From: the human T2T-CHM13v2.0 reference genome, Homo sapiens
DNA length: 64,000 bases
Assembly (NCBI RefSeq): GCF_009914755.1
Contig: NC_060947.1
Direction: 5' to 3' (one strand)
In this document: one piece after another, positions 31,746 to 47,769 of the stretch
Layout of the letters: each line of letters opens with the position of its first letter
Numbering within the stretch: position 1 is the first letter of the stretch
Position numbers and translations under genes: made by a program
The notes under the pieces: generated by a model
Databases searched by the model: none
The model's input: only the letters and a program-made list of their open reading frames with translations
Told to the model about the DNA's origin: nothing

Positions 31746-32479
31746 TACCAAAATATTTTCCACGTGTGTACATATGTATCTGTCAGTCCAGACACTCTGC
31801 CTAAGTGGCTGAACCGTTGGGAAGTATGGCCTTTGATGGCACACTATAAGCTGCTCTTCTTTCCCCTTGGACCACATGACTTGCTCCTTCATTAGGAGCC
31901 TGGGAGGCAGGTTTGCCCATATAGTGCTCTGGCTTCCCAGCCCCAAATGCCAAGCTTCAATGCATCCTTAAAATGGTGCCTGGGCTGTCCTGCCATACAC
32001 TGGTCAGGTGACCAACAGAGCAGGGCCTAACATCGTGAGGAACTCCCGGTTTCCTGCTGCTCTCTGGTACAACCTTCCCAATTCGGACACTTACATTCCA
32101 AATTTAAGACAGTTTTACCAAGGCAGGACTTTTGTACTGAATCTGGATGAAAGCACAGCTGTGTAATGTGCAAACTTTTGGCACAAACCTTATGCTTCCA
32201 GAGGGACTTGTACTCTTCAGAGCACAACCCAACAATGCTGTAGCATAGACAGCTAGGGGAGAAGCACTACTATGATTACCATTTTATTATTCCCACTTTA
32301 CAGATGTGGCCAAAGAGGCATGGGGACATGACTAGAGGAATCCTGTGAGGGCTGAGAGTTGGAGCTCTGCCTCTGAAGTGGCCTTTAAATAGTATTCCAG
32401 GGGAGGTCTTCTTTTTAAGCCCTGCACAAGCCCCACTTACATGATGACAATTACTATAGTTATCACAAATCTCTAGCAA

Positions 32480-32700
32480 TAATTGCTAACATCTCTCAAA
32501 TTCTTACTGTGCTAGATACTGCTACATGTTTTATTTCTCATGCATAATTTAATTTGATACTCACCATCCTGAAAAGTAGGTACCATTGTTACTTCTTGTT
32601 TTACAGATGAGAAAACTGAGGCTCAGAAGGCCTAGATGACATACTCAAGACCATAAAGCTAGAAAGTGGTAGACTGTGGACATGAACCAAGGACTATGCT
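32480..32700 (-). mobile_element. MIR
   Basis: ttttacagatgagaaaactgaggctcaga core. Confidence 0.75.
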
Positions 32701-32721
32701 CCACTAGACCATAGTGCCTCT

Positions 32722-32932
32722 AACACTGAATCCAATAGGAAAGCCACTAGCCACATGTGGTTGTTTAATTTTAAATTACTTGCGATAAAATAAAATTAAA
32801 TACTCAGTTCTTCAGTTATGCTAGCCACCCTGCAAGGGCTCAGTAGCCACACGTGGCTAGTGGCTATCTTATTGGAAACCACAGATAGAGGTCATTTCCA
32901 TTATCACAGAAACTTCGAGTGAACAGTGCTGG
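32722..32932. mobile_element. MER3/MER33-type hAT element
   Basis: agccactagccacatgtgg...aaattaaatactcagttcttcag...agccacacgtggctagtggcta. Confidence 0.75.
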
Positions 32933-32997
32933 TCTAAACGCTCTTAAGGTGGGTCCTCCTCAGACTTCTACTTTGGGAAACTGTTATTAGTTTAAGG

Positions 32998-33240
32998 TAG
33001 AGTCTCATAATCTCGGCATGATTGACATTTGGGGCTGCAAAATTCTTTGGTAGGAGGTAGGGAGTGGCTCTTCCTGCTCATCCTTGGATGTTTAGCCGCG
33101 TCCCTGGGCCTCTAACCACTAGATGTCAGTAGCATACCTTGGCCCCGGTTTTGACAACCAAAAATGTCTCCAGACATTGCCCAATGTCCCCTGGGGAGCA
33201 AAATTATCCCCCACATGCCCCTGCCACCCTCCAGTTGAGG
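32998..33240 (+). mobile_element. MER20
   Basis: ttgacatttggggc...gacaaccaaaaatgtctccagacattgcccaatgtcccctgggg. Confidence 0.85.
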
Positions 33241-33283
33241 GTCAAGGTAAGTACTATACATGCATTTGAAGTAATAGCATGCA

Positions 33284-33382
33284 ACAGGGGCCTGCAACCC
33301 CCAAGCCACAGACCACTACCAGTCTGTAGCCTGTTAGGAACCGGGCCACACAGCAGGAGGTGAGTGGCAGGTGAGGTGAGCA
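33284..33382 (+). mobile_element. MER1 5' fragment
   Basis: caggggcctgcaaccccc...cctgttaggaaccgggccacacagcaggaggtgag. Confidence 0.75.
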
Positions 33383-33954
33383 CATCCAGCTGTTAAGAGA
33401 ACAAGTACTTACCTTGACTCAGAAGTACTGGGTCAAGGCAGTACTATATATGCATTTGAAGTAATCAAATGGCAAGCCTTCACTAACTTAACTTGGCCTT
33501 CTGAAAGCAAGCCAATTCACTAAAACTAATTTCTTCTAGTGAATTATAAAGTTTATAGCAATTTGAATTGAATGGGCTGGTTTAATAGCTCTTGAAGATT
33601 TCATGAAAGAGTAAAACCGTTTAAAGCAGTAGAAGGAGAGTAAAGATGCCAAGAGGGATTACTATAATACATTGTAGGATTCATTCCTCAAATTTGCTAT
33701 CCACTGACTATAACTATGGAATTGTGAAGGAAGCATAAGAAGCAGATTGGTTTAAAAAGCTAAAAGAATGCTAAAGTAGAAAATCATTAGGAAATGACAA
33801 GGGCAATCACATCGCATTTTACATTTTGGTTACTAATTTCCAGAAATAACACACAACAAAAAATTATGGTATATGAGAAACTGATGAAAGAATTCTAAAA
33901 ATGCTAAAGTTGACACAACTGAAAATGCACTTTCAAAGGATTCAAAAGAAGCTA

Positions 33955-34100
33955 GTGCACAAAAAATAAGTATATGAGGTGATGGGTATGTTAGTTACCT
34001 TGATTTAATCATTCCACAATGTATACATATATCAAAACATCAGGTTGTACACCATAAATATACACAAATATTCCATTGTCAATCAAGAAAATACATAAAT
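33955..34100 (+). mobile_element. L1MA 3' end fragment
   Basis: gaggtgatgggtatgttagttaccttgatttaatcattccacaatgtatacatatatcaaaacatca. Confidence 0.8.
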
Positions 34101-34839
34101 TTCTTTAAAGAAACAAATTTAAGCATTCCCATATAATATGCTGAAATTTTGGCTCCTGATGAAATAATATACTTTTCCAGATTGTTCATATATTCCCAAG
34201 GAAACCAAACCTCCCTACAACAAGTGGAACATCCCTTAGAATGCTGCTAAAGACCAAATGAAACCTGTCAACTACATCTTTAGAGACATCTCCAAAAGCT
34301 TTAAAACCATTTTCTCCTAAATGAATTTTTGCAAAGATTTAAATACTTTATGTTGTAAATAACTGAAAGAAAAAACTTTAGGTGAACTGGTAAATACGGC
34401 AAATAATTTATTCAAGAAATTGCCCAAGAGCCAGTTTCCCCCTAACTCCTTACAGAGGGTGAGGCTGGGGGCCTGGGAGAGTATCTCCTCCCTCTGACCC
34501 CTACACTGGTACCTGCCACTCCATTGGCACCCATCAATTCTCCTATCGCTCTCATGAATGAAAAGTGCAACTGAGTGAATGCAAGTTAGCAAAATGCGAC
34601 ACCCAGACTGAGCCCCTTGCCAGGGAATTAGAGTTAACAATCTTTCTTCTAAAACTAGGGGGAAAGAAAAAAAAAACAGGAAAGAAGGGAGGGAGAGAAG
34701 GAAGTGAAGTGCCACAGGGATCTCTAATGACCACATTAAACACGTCTAATTACAGTGAGGAGTGGAAGTTGGGTCTGATCTGGCAGGCTAAGCTGCAGCT
34801 ACACATTTCTGGTGCTTTCAAATGGCCTAAATTTGCCTT

Positions 34840-35425
<586 letters not shown>

Positions 35426-35634
35426 AGTTGGCTAAGAGCTAGCCCCTGGGCCACAAGATGGCAATGTGTTAGCCAAGAGGAAGTCCACGGCCTAGAAGGC
35501 CAGAGGCCTGGAGAAGACAGGCTTGGAGAGAAGGGCAAAGTTCAGGCCCAGAACGCCTGGGGTGGAAGGGGTACTGAAATCGGAAATGGGTTGTAACAGG
35601 AGAGACTGGGGTTGCTAAAAACAAAGTTGCCCTG

Positions 35635-35931
<297 letters not shown>

Positions 35932-38011
35932 GTTGCCTGAGCTCACCATTTTGCCTTAGGCTGAATTGACCTCTGCAGCAGTCCCAGAGAGAGGCCACAG
36001 TATCCCACAATGTATGCTTTTGGTCTACTACTCAGATGACAATCTTTCCTCTATCTGAGCTAGACAGCTCTGTGCTGGGAGTCAGGGTACTCAGGAGTCT
36101 AATCTTTGTATTGCCACTGACTGTATGACCCAAAGAGAATAGCTAAAAACCTCTGGGGCCCACTTTGTTTACTCTTAAAGTGAAGACATTGTCACCCACC
36201 CCACAATTACAGGGTCTTGTCAGATTTTAAAAGTTCTTTTGCTTTGCCTTCATCTCCTTCTATACTTGTGCAATATGGTATCACATAATTTAAGCCTACT
36301 GCTATTTTCTCCCTTCTTCCAAAAAGTGTATTCACCAATCTCTTGATAATTCTCCTGTAAACTGCTGTCCTTCTATCTCTATGAAAATAGTAACAGAACT
36401 TAATAACTAGTTATCTTGAACAAGATCTATATCTACAGTAACTAGTTTGGAATTTAAAAACCCAAACTGGGTTTTTAAACTAGAGACTCATTTGATTAGA
36501 GCAAAGTGCCAATGAGGCTCTTGGCATGGAGTCAAGGCCCACAAGAATATGGATGGCTGCTCTGAACATACCCATTTCCACCACTGGCCAGACATTTCAA
36601 ACATCTCCACGATGAGAAATGTATATATTTATACATAAAATCTAGACTGCAATTGTATGTGGGAGAGGAGACTGTGAACCAATCCTGTGTTTCTGCCCAA
36701 ATTTGAATTTCAAGGCCTATTGGGCTTCCTTGAGAAAGTGCAACCCTGCTGATTTGGCCAAGTTGTGATCCTAGGAAACCTCCTTGTGTTGGGGGGAGGT
36801 GGGGGTGTTAGGGGGATGGAGGGTGCGAGAGTGCCCAAGGTTTACGGGGGAGCAGTGAGTGTTTGAGCCAGCACCATTTCCCTCCCAGTCTTCCTCTCCC
36901 ACAACACCTGGAGCCTAGGAAAAAGCTCAAAGAAGAGGACCCGACAGTTCCTCCATGTGCTCGCTTCCAAGTGCTCCTACTCTCATTTACATTCTCTCCT
37001 ACTGAGCTTATGTCCCCATCCTCTACCTCTTGCAAACTGCTGTTTACTGGCCTGGTCACCCCCTAAGAAGGCAAGCTCCTTAAGTGCATCTTCGTTCAGT
37101 CAACAAGATTCTTTCAACAAATACTTGTGCCAGACACTGTGCTTGCTTGGCTCCAGGAGGGGAAAGGAAAAGTTTCTCCCAGAGGGAGAAACTAGCTTTG
37201 TGCCGAATTGTCAGGGCCAAATGAACCCATGCAACGCTCAGTGATTGGAGACTTGCAATGAGTGAGGTGGGTTTCTGGCTGTGATTCCAAGTTGGAATAG
37301 TTAAGGGAAAAGAAGAGTGTTCACTCCATGATTGAAAATTGGCAATAATCATGTACACTCACATACCCACTAATTAACCATATGACTAAATCTATTTTGG
37401 TTAATATCTTCTTCCTTTTGGAATTGCTTGCAATACGTAAACATATGCACATACAACATCCAAAAACAACACTGTGGACACATAATAAGAATATACTGCT
37501 TGAATATAATACCCCATCAAGTAACTGGGAGACTGCATATTGTACAGCTTGGAATAAGTTTAGAAAATTAAGACAACTCGGAAAATTTAAGGTGATTCTT
37601 CTCTACTCATCCATGTTTCCCTCTCTCTTTCCATCCCTCTCTCGGCCTTCCTCTCGTCTCTCTTCCACTTCTTGGCCCCAGTCCCCCATCTCCCTTATCT
37701 CCCTACAAGATCATTTATTGTCAGTCATGCTAGCTGCTTGCTGGCTGCTTACTAGTGCCAAAACATCATGTTCTGATATAATTGAACCACATTATTTGAC
37801 GGAATTATTGCTGTCAGTTATTTGAATGGTGTTACTAATCAATGAAATGAGCCTTGTAAAATCCAGGTTTGTGTGGTGCTTTACTTTGAGATGATGTTGG
37901 CTAGGTTTCTTGACACATAGAGAAGCTATAGCTTTGTCCAGTCTCTCTCCCTGGTCTGTCTGTTATATAAACATCACCCTTGTGCAGCTCTCCCTTCTCA
38001 GACTTGAGTCA

Positions 38012-38950
<939 letters not shown>

Positions 38951-40639
38951 CTCAGTCCAAAAAGGGCTGGGCTTGTTCCTTACATGGTTAGGAACTGTTA
39001 ACTCCCCTTTTCCCTCTGTCTCCATCTTCCCGCCACAACAGCATCCTTAGAGCAAAATACCAGATGCTCTTTCTTAGCCTCTCTGTATCCCTGCAGAGCT
39101 GACCGTGAGAAGTAATTTGGAGATGAAACCCTAAGGAAAGAGTAGAGGCTTTTATCCGAGCAGGAAAGGACACTCAAGGGCTTTGGGAAGGCGATGTAAA
39201 TAAATCGCTTTCTGGCATTTTAGATGGTGTGGGATGGAGGGAGAGGGGAGCAGAGGGGAGAAGAGAGAGGTCAGGGAAGAAAGAAAATTTAAGTAGCAAG
39301 GCTGCAAGCATTCCCATCTAGATGTGAACACTGTTTTTGAGGTGTTCTAAGCTGTTCTTGTTCAGTCTTAAGGAAAACTATTTACTCCCTAAGCCAGTCT
39401 GGGGCCATGAACCAAAAAAGCAAGAATTTCCTTAAATTTGTGAAATCTTTTCTGCCCTCGAGATGAAAGTCCCTACCAAAGGTTGTGTGTACACGGGGAA
39501 CCCCAATTATAACATGGCTTACATTACATGGATTCAGAGATGTTGCAGATCAGATTGTGTCCACAGAAAACCAAAAGAACTGGAGACAGAGACAACGAGC
39601 AAAAGTGTGACCTAATGTTGACTGCCTGGAAGACCCAGTAGGGCACCTTTCCCAATCTCAGTCCCATAAAGAGGTGTGTGTCCCTACCTTGGCCTCTGAG
39701 ATGCACAGATCTGAAATATTTTGATTTTTTAAAAGTGCCTAATGGGAGTGCGACACGCAAAACAAATGCAGATGCAGGCTTTTGGCTTTTTAAAATGACT
39801 TTTGAGGAATCAAGAGTTTCAAAAGATTGTGATTTCTCCTGTGCATGTATTCATGAGGGGCATTAAACACTGTCTAGCTGGGCCTAATCTGACAGGCTTT
39901 CCAAATTGGGTTTGTCCAAATAAGAATAAGAAGAAAGAAGAAATTTAGCTGGGGTCCCTTCAGGGGGTCTTCGCAAGTCTGGTAGCGGAGGCCTGTTTTT
40001 CCTTTCAGTCTGAAATAGGCAACACCCTGCTTCTGGAATTTCACTGGGTGGGTAGGCTGGGGTCTCTGGACAGGGCAGTACATGTGACCCTCTCTTATTA
40101 ACTTTGGGGAAAAGGAACATAACTGAGCAAGAACTAGATTTATGTTGCAGATGCTAAAGTCTGACCTGTGGCTAGAATTTCTAGCTAGAATTCCTGTCTA
40201 AGTCAAATTTGTGGTTAGTTCTCCATTATTCATATGTGGCTTTGCTTACCCACTTAGTACATTTCCTGTAATTGTGTTTTTAATCAAAGAATAACTTCTG
40301 GAATACCTACACCGGTTGTAATGTCAGCAGGCTGTTAAGAAAGACCAATTTTAATATTGGCCAGAAAAGAAGCTAATTAGAAAGGCAAATCTATATCATT
40401 CCCTTCCCACCCAAAAAGAACACACTTTGAAAACCATGAGCTTTGGTGTTTGGATAATGCATGCTTTGTGATTCTCTGCCTAACTCCTTCCTTCCATTAC
40501 TTCAAATAATCAGAAGTAGAGAGTCCACAGAAAATCCATCTTATAACCCCCAAACTGCATTGATGGCTCCTTCTACTGAAATCTCATATCACCTGTGGTC
40601 AAGGCTCTGGGGTCAGAGTTGTGTTCAAATTCTGACTCT

Positions 40640-40930
40640 GGTTAAGTTTCTGAGGTGCGGTAACTGCATTGTGATTGTGTAGGAAAATGTCTTTGTTCTT
40701 AGGAGATACATGCTGAAGTATTTAGAAAGGAAGTGTAATGATATCTGCAATTTATGCTCAATTAGGTCAGAAAAAATGCATAGGAGTGAGTTTGTGTGTG
40801 TGTGTGTGTAGTGAGAGAGAGAGAATGATGAAGCAAATGTGGTAAAATGTTAATAGTTGGTGAATGTAGGTGAGGCATATACGGGTCTTCATTACAGTAT
40901 TCTTCAACTTACCTGTAATTCTGAAGTGTT
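40640..40930 (+). mobile_element. L1ME-type 3' end
   Basis: gaaaatgtctttgttcttaggagatacatgctgaagtatttag...ttttcaaaataaaaagtt. Confidence 0.75.
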
Positions 40931-40934
40931 TTCA

Positions 40935-41165
40935 AAATAAAAAGTTGGGAATGAGATGTTAGCTCTGCCTGCCTTTACCAACTGCCTTACAGCAAATTAT
41001 TTACTCTCTTAAACCTGAGTTCCCTTGGCTCAAAAGTAGAGATATTAATAGAACCCATCTCAAAGGGTTGTTATGAGGATTAAAATGAGATAATAAGTGT
41101 GATGCCTTTAGCATAGTGCCTGTCCCTTAGGAAGGTCTCAATAACTGATAGGAATTGCTATTATC
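40935..41165 (+). mobile_element. MIR
   Basis: ggttgttatgaggattaaaatgagataat...ttagcatagtgcctg. Confidence 0.7.
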
Positions 41166-41248
41166 ATACCATTCCATTCCACATCTTATTATATACTGTC
41201 TTTTGTTGTCCTCGTGGTGTTTCAAATGCACATAACTTTTCTCCTTAA

Positions 41249-41620
<372 letters not shown>

Positions 41621-42210
41621 TAGGTAGTGAATAAAACACCTTGTTGAGGGACTTTGTGGTTACTGTTCTGAGGGATCTGTGGTCATAGCATTGACTTGAA
41701 AATGACCACATGCCCAAAAGCCAGTCATTAGGACAGACCAGTAGAAGAAAATGTTAGAATAACACGGTGGGAGCTGGATAAGGCTGGATAAGAAGACAGG
41801 ACTACAAAAACAAAAACAACTATTTGGGGAATAGTTTTTTTTTTTTTTAAGCTCTGGGTTTTGGAAAGTGTTCATCCTTTGTAAATCCCAAGAGGGCATA
41901 CATTCCATTACTTGGCATTCCGGATGCGTATAACCTCTACTAAGAAAGTTGGGCACATTCTTAAGATGCTGGCCCAATAACGTAGATTTCCAGGTGCAGC
42001 ATAGCTCAGCCACTTGCTTCCAGCAAAAGATAAAGTACAAACACCATGAGTGAATCCCCCCAAACCGCAGTTCCTAGATAAATGCCTCCATTGCTTTGGG
42101 GGGAATCTGATCTTCCTAGCTCTAAGAATGATTCCAGTGAGTCTAAAACATGCAGGATAAATTTAACTGAAACCTTCAGGGCTGATTCAGAAACTCTACC
42201 AGGCTTTTTA

Positions 42211-42650
<440 letters not shown>

Positions 42651-44538
42651 TCAGTCTCTGTCTCTCCTCCCCTTCCTTTGGCTCATGTCTCCCTGCTTTC
42701 TCTTTCCCAATCCCCTCAGCCCACCTCCTGAGGCTCACTGAATGAGCTCCCACTAAAGGCTGGCAAAGGTGTGGGTGGGTTTAAGGGTGAGAAATGAGAG
42801 AGACAAAGCGGTTTAGTGTCTAAATCCATGTGACCCTGCTGATTAGAGCATCTCAGATGGAGTGACATCTCACGAAGCCCAGGAGGCTGAGTTAGAGATC
42901 TGAGTTATGGCTTCTATGGAGCCATTTCACCAGGCTTCTCAGAGTGCCTTGAGAATATCTGCCCTCACAACGCTCTAGGGAGGCTGGGGGCAAGTGGGAC
43001 CACCAGATCCAGAGTTGTCCTTAAGGGAGCTAGGCTGGAGGAAAGTACACTTGGCAGGGCAGGGACCTCCCCCAGCCCTCCCCCAACATTTGTTAAACAG
43101 GCCAAGTCTGACATAAATTCACATTATGGGCAAAAAAGTAGGGTGGAGGAGAGCCAACAAGATACTATGGTGGGTTAGGGGGAGGAGAGGATGCCTTCTA
43201 GGGAGGAATGCTTACATAATGATGCTTATATAGGCATTTGCTAATGGCAGTTATCAGTCCTGACTACTTCTTCCTCCCCCTCTTCCCATTCCTCCTCCTC
43301 TCCCATCAGGCAGTATTCAGAGTCATTGGACATCTCTTGGCTGGGGTTGGAGTAGTGGGGGAGGACAACCAGAAAAGTCACCATGACTCACCACACTCCT
43401 GGCTCGTTCTTGTAGTGGAGGAGATTTAGAGGAAGTCTGTATAGTATAGAATGTCTACAGTACAGTTTTATTACTTTCGGGCTATATATCCAATAACACA
43501 ACACAAACTTGGCTCTAGGTGTGGTCCTAGGGGATCTGCCTGACTGAGCAGAGATGAGTGGAGTTTGTAACTAGACATTGCGCAATGTTTCTAAACACAC
43601 ACCTGTCCATCCACCTGCCCGCTTGTTTGCCTGTATTTCAGATTGTCCCCTTCAGGAGTGGAAACTGGAACTCAGATGGGGTCAATGATGCTATCAGTAA
43701 AGGTGCAAGGATGTGGAAGGCCCTTGCCAGTTTCTTGCTGGATGCCTTCATCTCCTTTCTCCTGGCTGCACAAAACTCTAAAATAATTCGCTCCACTCCC
43801 TCCAGCTCTCTGGTCCTCAGGAGCCTGAAAATGGAACAGTGCTCAGGAAGGAGGAGGAACCCAATTTTTTTCCCTCACCTCCAGCCATGGCCAAAGTCAC
43901 AGTCTCCAACCTGAAAATCCCCAGCAGGGAGAAAACACACACATTTATCACTCACACTTCACTTAACCCAGAGCTTGGAGGGGTGAGGCACTGCCCCCAC
44001 ATGCAGCCTTATCCAAAGCCTGCACGCATCCCCTCCCCTCAACATCAGCCAAGGGAGCAAGGGCCCAGCCAGGTATGCCACCCCCATTGGAGGAGGGACA
44101 CTTGCTTGGCATAGTAAATGGCATTTTTACCATCTAGCCAGGCAGAGAATTCTTCTGCCTTCCTTGGCCAGGCAGCTGAGAGGAAAGCAACCCCCTGGGA
44201 CTGGAATCAGTGATTCACACTGGCCTACCCAAACAGCCTCCTACTGTCATTTTCTTTCCTTCCTTCCTTCCTTAATATCCTGGAGAAGGAGTTTTCAGTA
44301 CTTCCTCCTGGGCTGCTGACATCCTGAGCTGAGTGACTGGTCAATGGGAAAAGCAGAGGCATGTAGCCAGGGTACCTGGCCTCCAAGAACTTCCCCAAAA
44401 GACAAAGAAAAAAAATGGCTGGAAAATTCTAATGGTAGACAAGGTATAAAATGATGAAACATGAAAACCCATCTCTACCCTTCACCACCACCATGTCCCT
44501 ACCTACTTCTTGGTTTCCTTCCAGGAAACAAAAGAGCC

Positions 44539-44728
44539 GTGTGTGTGTGTGTGTGTGTGTGTGTACCTACATGTACGTATATATACACACACATATGTAT
44601 ATATACATATGTATGTACATACATACGCATATGTGTGCATATAAATGTATGTATATGTTAAGTGTATGTGTATATATAAGTTATCACTATACATATATAT
44701 ATGTTATCACTATACATATACATATATG

Positions 44729-44773
<45 letters not shown>
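44539..44773. repeat. Compound (TG)n/(TA)n low-complexity tract
   Basis: (TG)n, mixed TA/CA, three copies of gttatcactata, ending in a long (TA)n. Confidence 0.9.
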
Positions 44774-44776
<3 letters not shown>

Positions 44777-45299
44777 TTGCTATCTTAGCAATCTCTTCCT
44801 CACAGGCCAAGGTGTTCCTCATACTTTGATAACTGCAGCCTCTCGAATGATCCTTGGGAAGGAAAATTTGAGAACAGATACATTGGCTTCTCTCTTATAC
44901 TCAGCCCCAAAGTCTCTGTCCTGCTTCCTTAGCATCTCAGAGCCTTGCTGTGTGCCTGGTGACAACAGCTGGTAATAGTAATCAAGCCAAAGAATCGATG
45001 CATTATTTGTCTCAAAACACAAAGAGCCTAGGCTTGCGGAGAGGGTACCCAAAAGTGGTGTTAATGGCAGGAGGTTCGAGTATCATGCTGAGTACAGTGC
45101 AGAGGCTATTTGAGTTGAAGTGGGGTGGGGGAAAGAAAGGTGTAGATTTTCAGGCCACCCCCTACATGCCACCTACTCAACTACTGAATTGAACTGCCCT
45201 GCTGAATTACTGCCATCCTCAAGATGACTTAGCATTTATACTTCAATGTTCACCTACACAAGGGACCCAAGAAAAGGGGATAAACAGAGGAACAGAAAG

Positions 45300-45805
45300 G
45301 GCTTTTCTTTTTAAATTAAACTTTTTATTTTGAGGTAGGTTCACATGCAGTTAGTTCACATGTAAATTGTAAGTTATCACAAGTTGTAAGAGAGATCCCA
45401 CATACCCTTTACCCAGTTTCCCCCAATGGTAACATATCATTAATATAAAACTTAGTATAATATTAAAACCAGAATATTAACATCAATACAGTCAAGATGC
45501 AGAACGTTCCATCACTACAGGGATCCCTCATGTTGCCCTTTTATAGCCACACCTATTTCCCTCATTCCTTTTCTTTAACCCCTGGAAGTCACTTATCTTC
45601 ATTTCTATACTTCCTTCATTTTCATTTGACATGTTATATAATGGAATCATGTAATATGTAAAGTTTTGGGATTGGCTTTTTTTAACTTAACATAATTCTC
45701 TGGAGATTAATCCACATCATTCTATGTATCAATACTTCATTCTTATTTTGTCATTGAGTGTCCATGGTATGGATGTATCACAGTGTGCTTAACCATTCAC
45801 CAATG
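45300..45805 (-). mobile_element. Old L1M 3' fragment
   Basis: acccagtttcccccaatggtaacat...cataattctctggagatt...ttaaccattcacc. Confidence 0.75.
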
Positions 45806-46639
45806 AGGCACAGCTGAGTTCTTTACAGCCAGTCTCCATCCAGATGGGAGATATATTTCCTTGAAAATTCATGAAAAGAATGTCAAACCTCCCGGTATCC
45901 AAGGTGAAAGCAGAGCCCAAGAGCACACATAGCAGCTATGTGCCCACAGACTGCTGAGGCTCAAAACCTGACAGTTCACCCAAAGCTCTGGGCCCTGCTT
46001 CTGCCCAGCAGGGCACTGAGGCTAATGGGTGCTTTCATAAAGGGGTATGGGAGGGAGGCAGGCGTCTTATTCAGAAACTTGAATCTGGACTTCAAAGCAA
46101 CTAAAGAAATGAAATAGCAACCGAATCCCAGGGGAGTGGGGGAGCAGAACTTCTGCCAAATCTGAAATCTCTTGCATTTTTTTTTCTGACCTTTTGGGCA
46201 AGATGGGGGAGGAGGAGTCACTCCTAAATGACTTCCTACAGGGCCTATAGGGAGATATATGGTTTCTCTCAGCAGTGGTTACCTCTGGAATGAGAATTCA
46301 GGGTGGGCAGGATCTTTCCTTTTTAAATTAATGTAGTTCTGAACCAGATCGTTTTTTCCCACAATGAGTATATATTCTACTTTTGTCATCATAGAAACAA
46401 CTAATTTTAAAAAGTCATGGTAGGGTGTGGCATGGGGGAATGAAAACAACTGATTGGCTGCAAAGGTGTTCTGAATGGAGGGTCCCAGTTGAAAAATGTC
46501 TTGGGCATTCCTTCACTCCTGCTTTTATTTATTTATTTATTTATTTTACTTTTTACTTTTTTGTGATTAAAATAAAACTTTTTAATGAGATATTTTGCAT
46601 TTGCATTTTCTCACAAGTCTTTAAAATGGTTATTTTACA

Positions 46640-47035
46640 TGTAATTTTTTATTTTTAAGTCTTGGGGGTACTTAGTAGGTGTATATATTCATAGGGTACA
46701 TGACATATTTTGATACAGGCAGGCAATACCATCACATCATGGAGAATGGGGTATCCATTCCCTCAAGCATTTATCCTTTGGTTACTAAATCCAATTATAT
46801 TCTTGTTATTTTAAAATGTCAATTAAATTATTATTGACTATAGTTGCCCTGTTGTGCTATCAAATACTAGGTCTTATTCATTCTTTCTATTTTTTTGGTA
46901 CCCATTAACCACCCCCACCTCTCCCCCAGCTCCTCACTACTCTTCCTAACATCTGGTAACCATCCTTCTACTCTCTATGTCCCTGACTTTGTTTTGATTT
47001 TTAGATCCCACAAATAAGTGGGAACATGTGATTTA
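46640..47035 (-). mobile_element. L1MA 3' end
   Basis: gggtacttagtaggtgtatatattcatagggtacatg...gatcccacaaataagtg. Confidence 0.85.
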
Positions 47036-47039
47036 TTTG

Positions 47040-47048
47040 TCTATCTGT

Positions 47049-47079
<31 letters not shown>

Positions 47080-47385
47080 GTTATTTATTTATTTTAGAAA
47101 CAAGATCTTGCTCTGTTTCCCAGGCTACAGTGTAGTGGTGCAAACTTAGCTCACTGCAGCCTCAACCTCCTGGGTTGAAGCAATCCTCCCACCTCAGCCT
47201 CCAGAGTAGCCAGGCCTACAGGTGCACGCCACCACATCCAGCTAATTTTCTTTTTTGAAATGTTTTGTAGAGACAAGGTCTTGTGATGGTGCCCAGGCTG
47301 GTCTCGAGCTCCTGGCCTCAAGCAATCTTCTCGCCTAAGCTTCCCAAATTGCTAGTGCTACAATTTGGACCACCGTGTGTAGCCC
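47040..47385 (-). mobile_element. Alu (AluJ-like) with a (TATC)n tail-derived microsatellite
   Basis: (tatc)n at about 47050-47079, then the antisense Alu body. Confidence 0.85.
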
Positions 47386-47769
47386 CACCCCATTTAATTT
47401 TGGGGGCACCCACTCTTTAATGCCCTCCTCCAACCCCCAGCTTAGTCTCAGTAGACTGAACATAGCTTCAGGACCTCAGACACCGTGCCCCCTGTCCCCT
47501 CCAAACACAATGTTTTATCTGGACTCTGCTCCCACATGCAGGAAACTGCTTTCTGATGCATGATGATGAAAAGCATATATGGGTCAATCAGAATCAGTCA
47601 GATTATGAAAACCCTGTTGGAGCCAATGTGAAAAATCTCCAGAAACACAGTACCATCAACCCGTGGGGAAAGACATAAGGACCTCAGGAAATTCTTTCAT
47701 TTTTTTCTAATGCTGATAATGAATATTTCAGCCACAGCAGTAGGTTTCTCAGTTAGGACAGTTTGACTG

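Noticed and set aside
44451-44975. 174-aa ORF rich in Y/I/C/V
   Set aside because: Produced by the (TG)/(TA) microsatellite.
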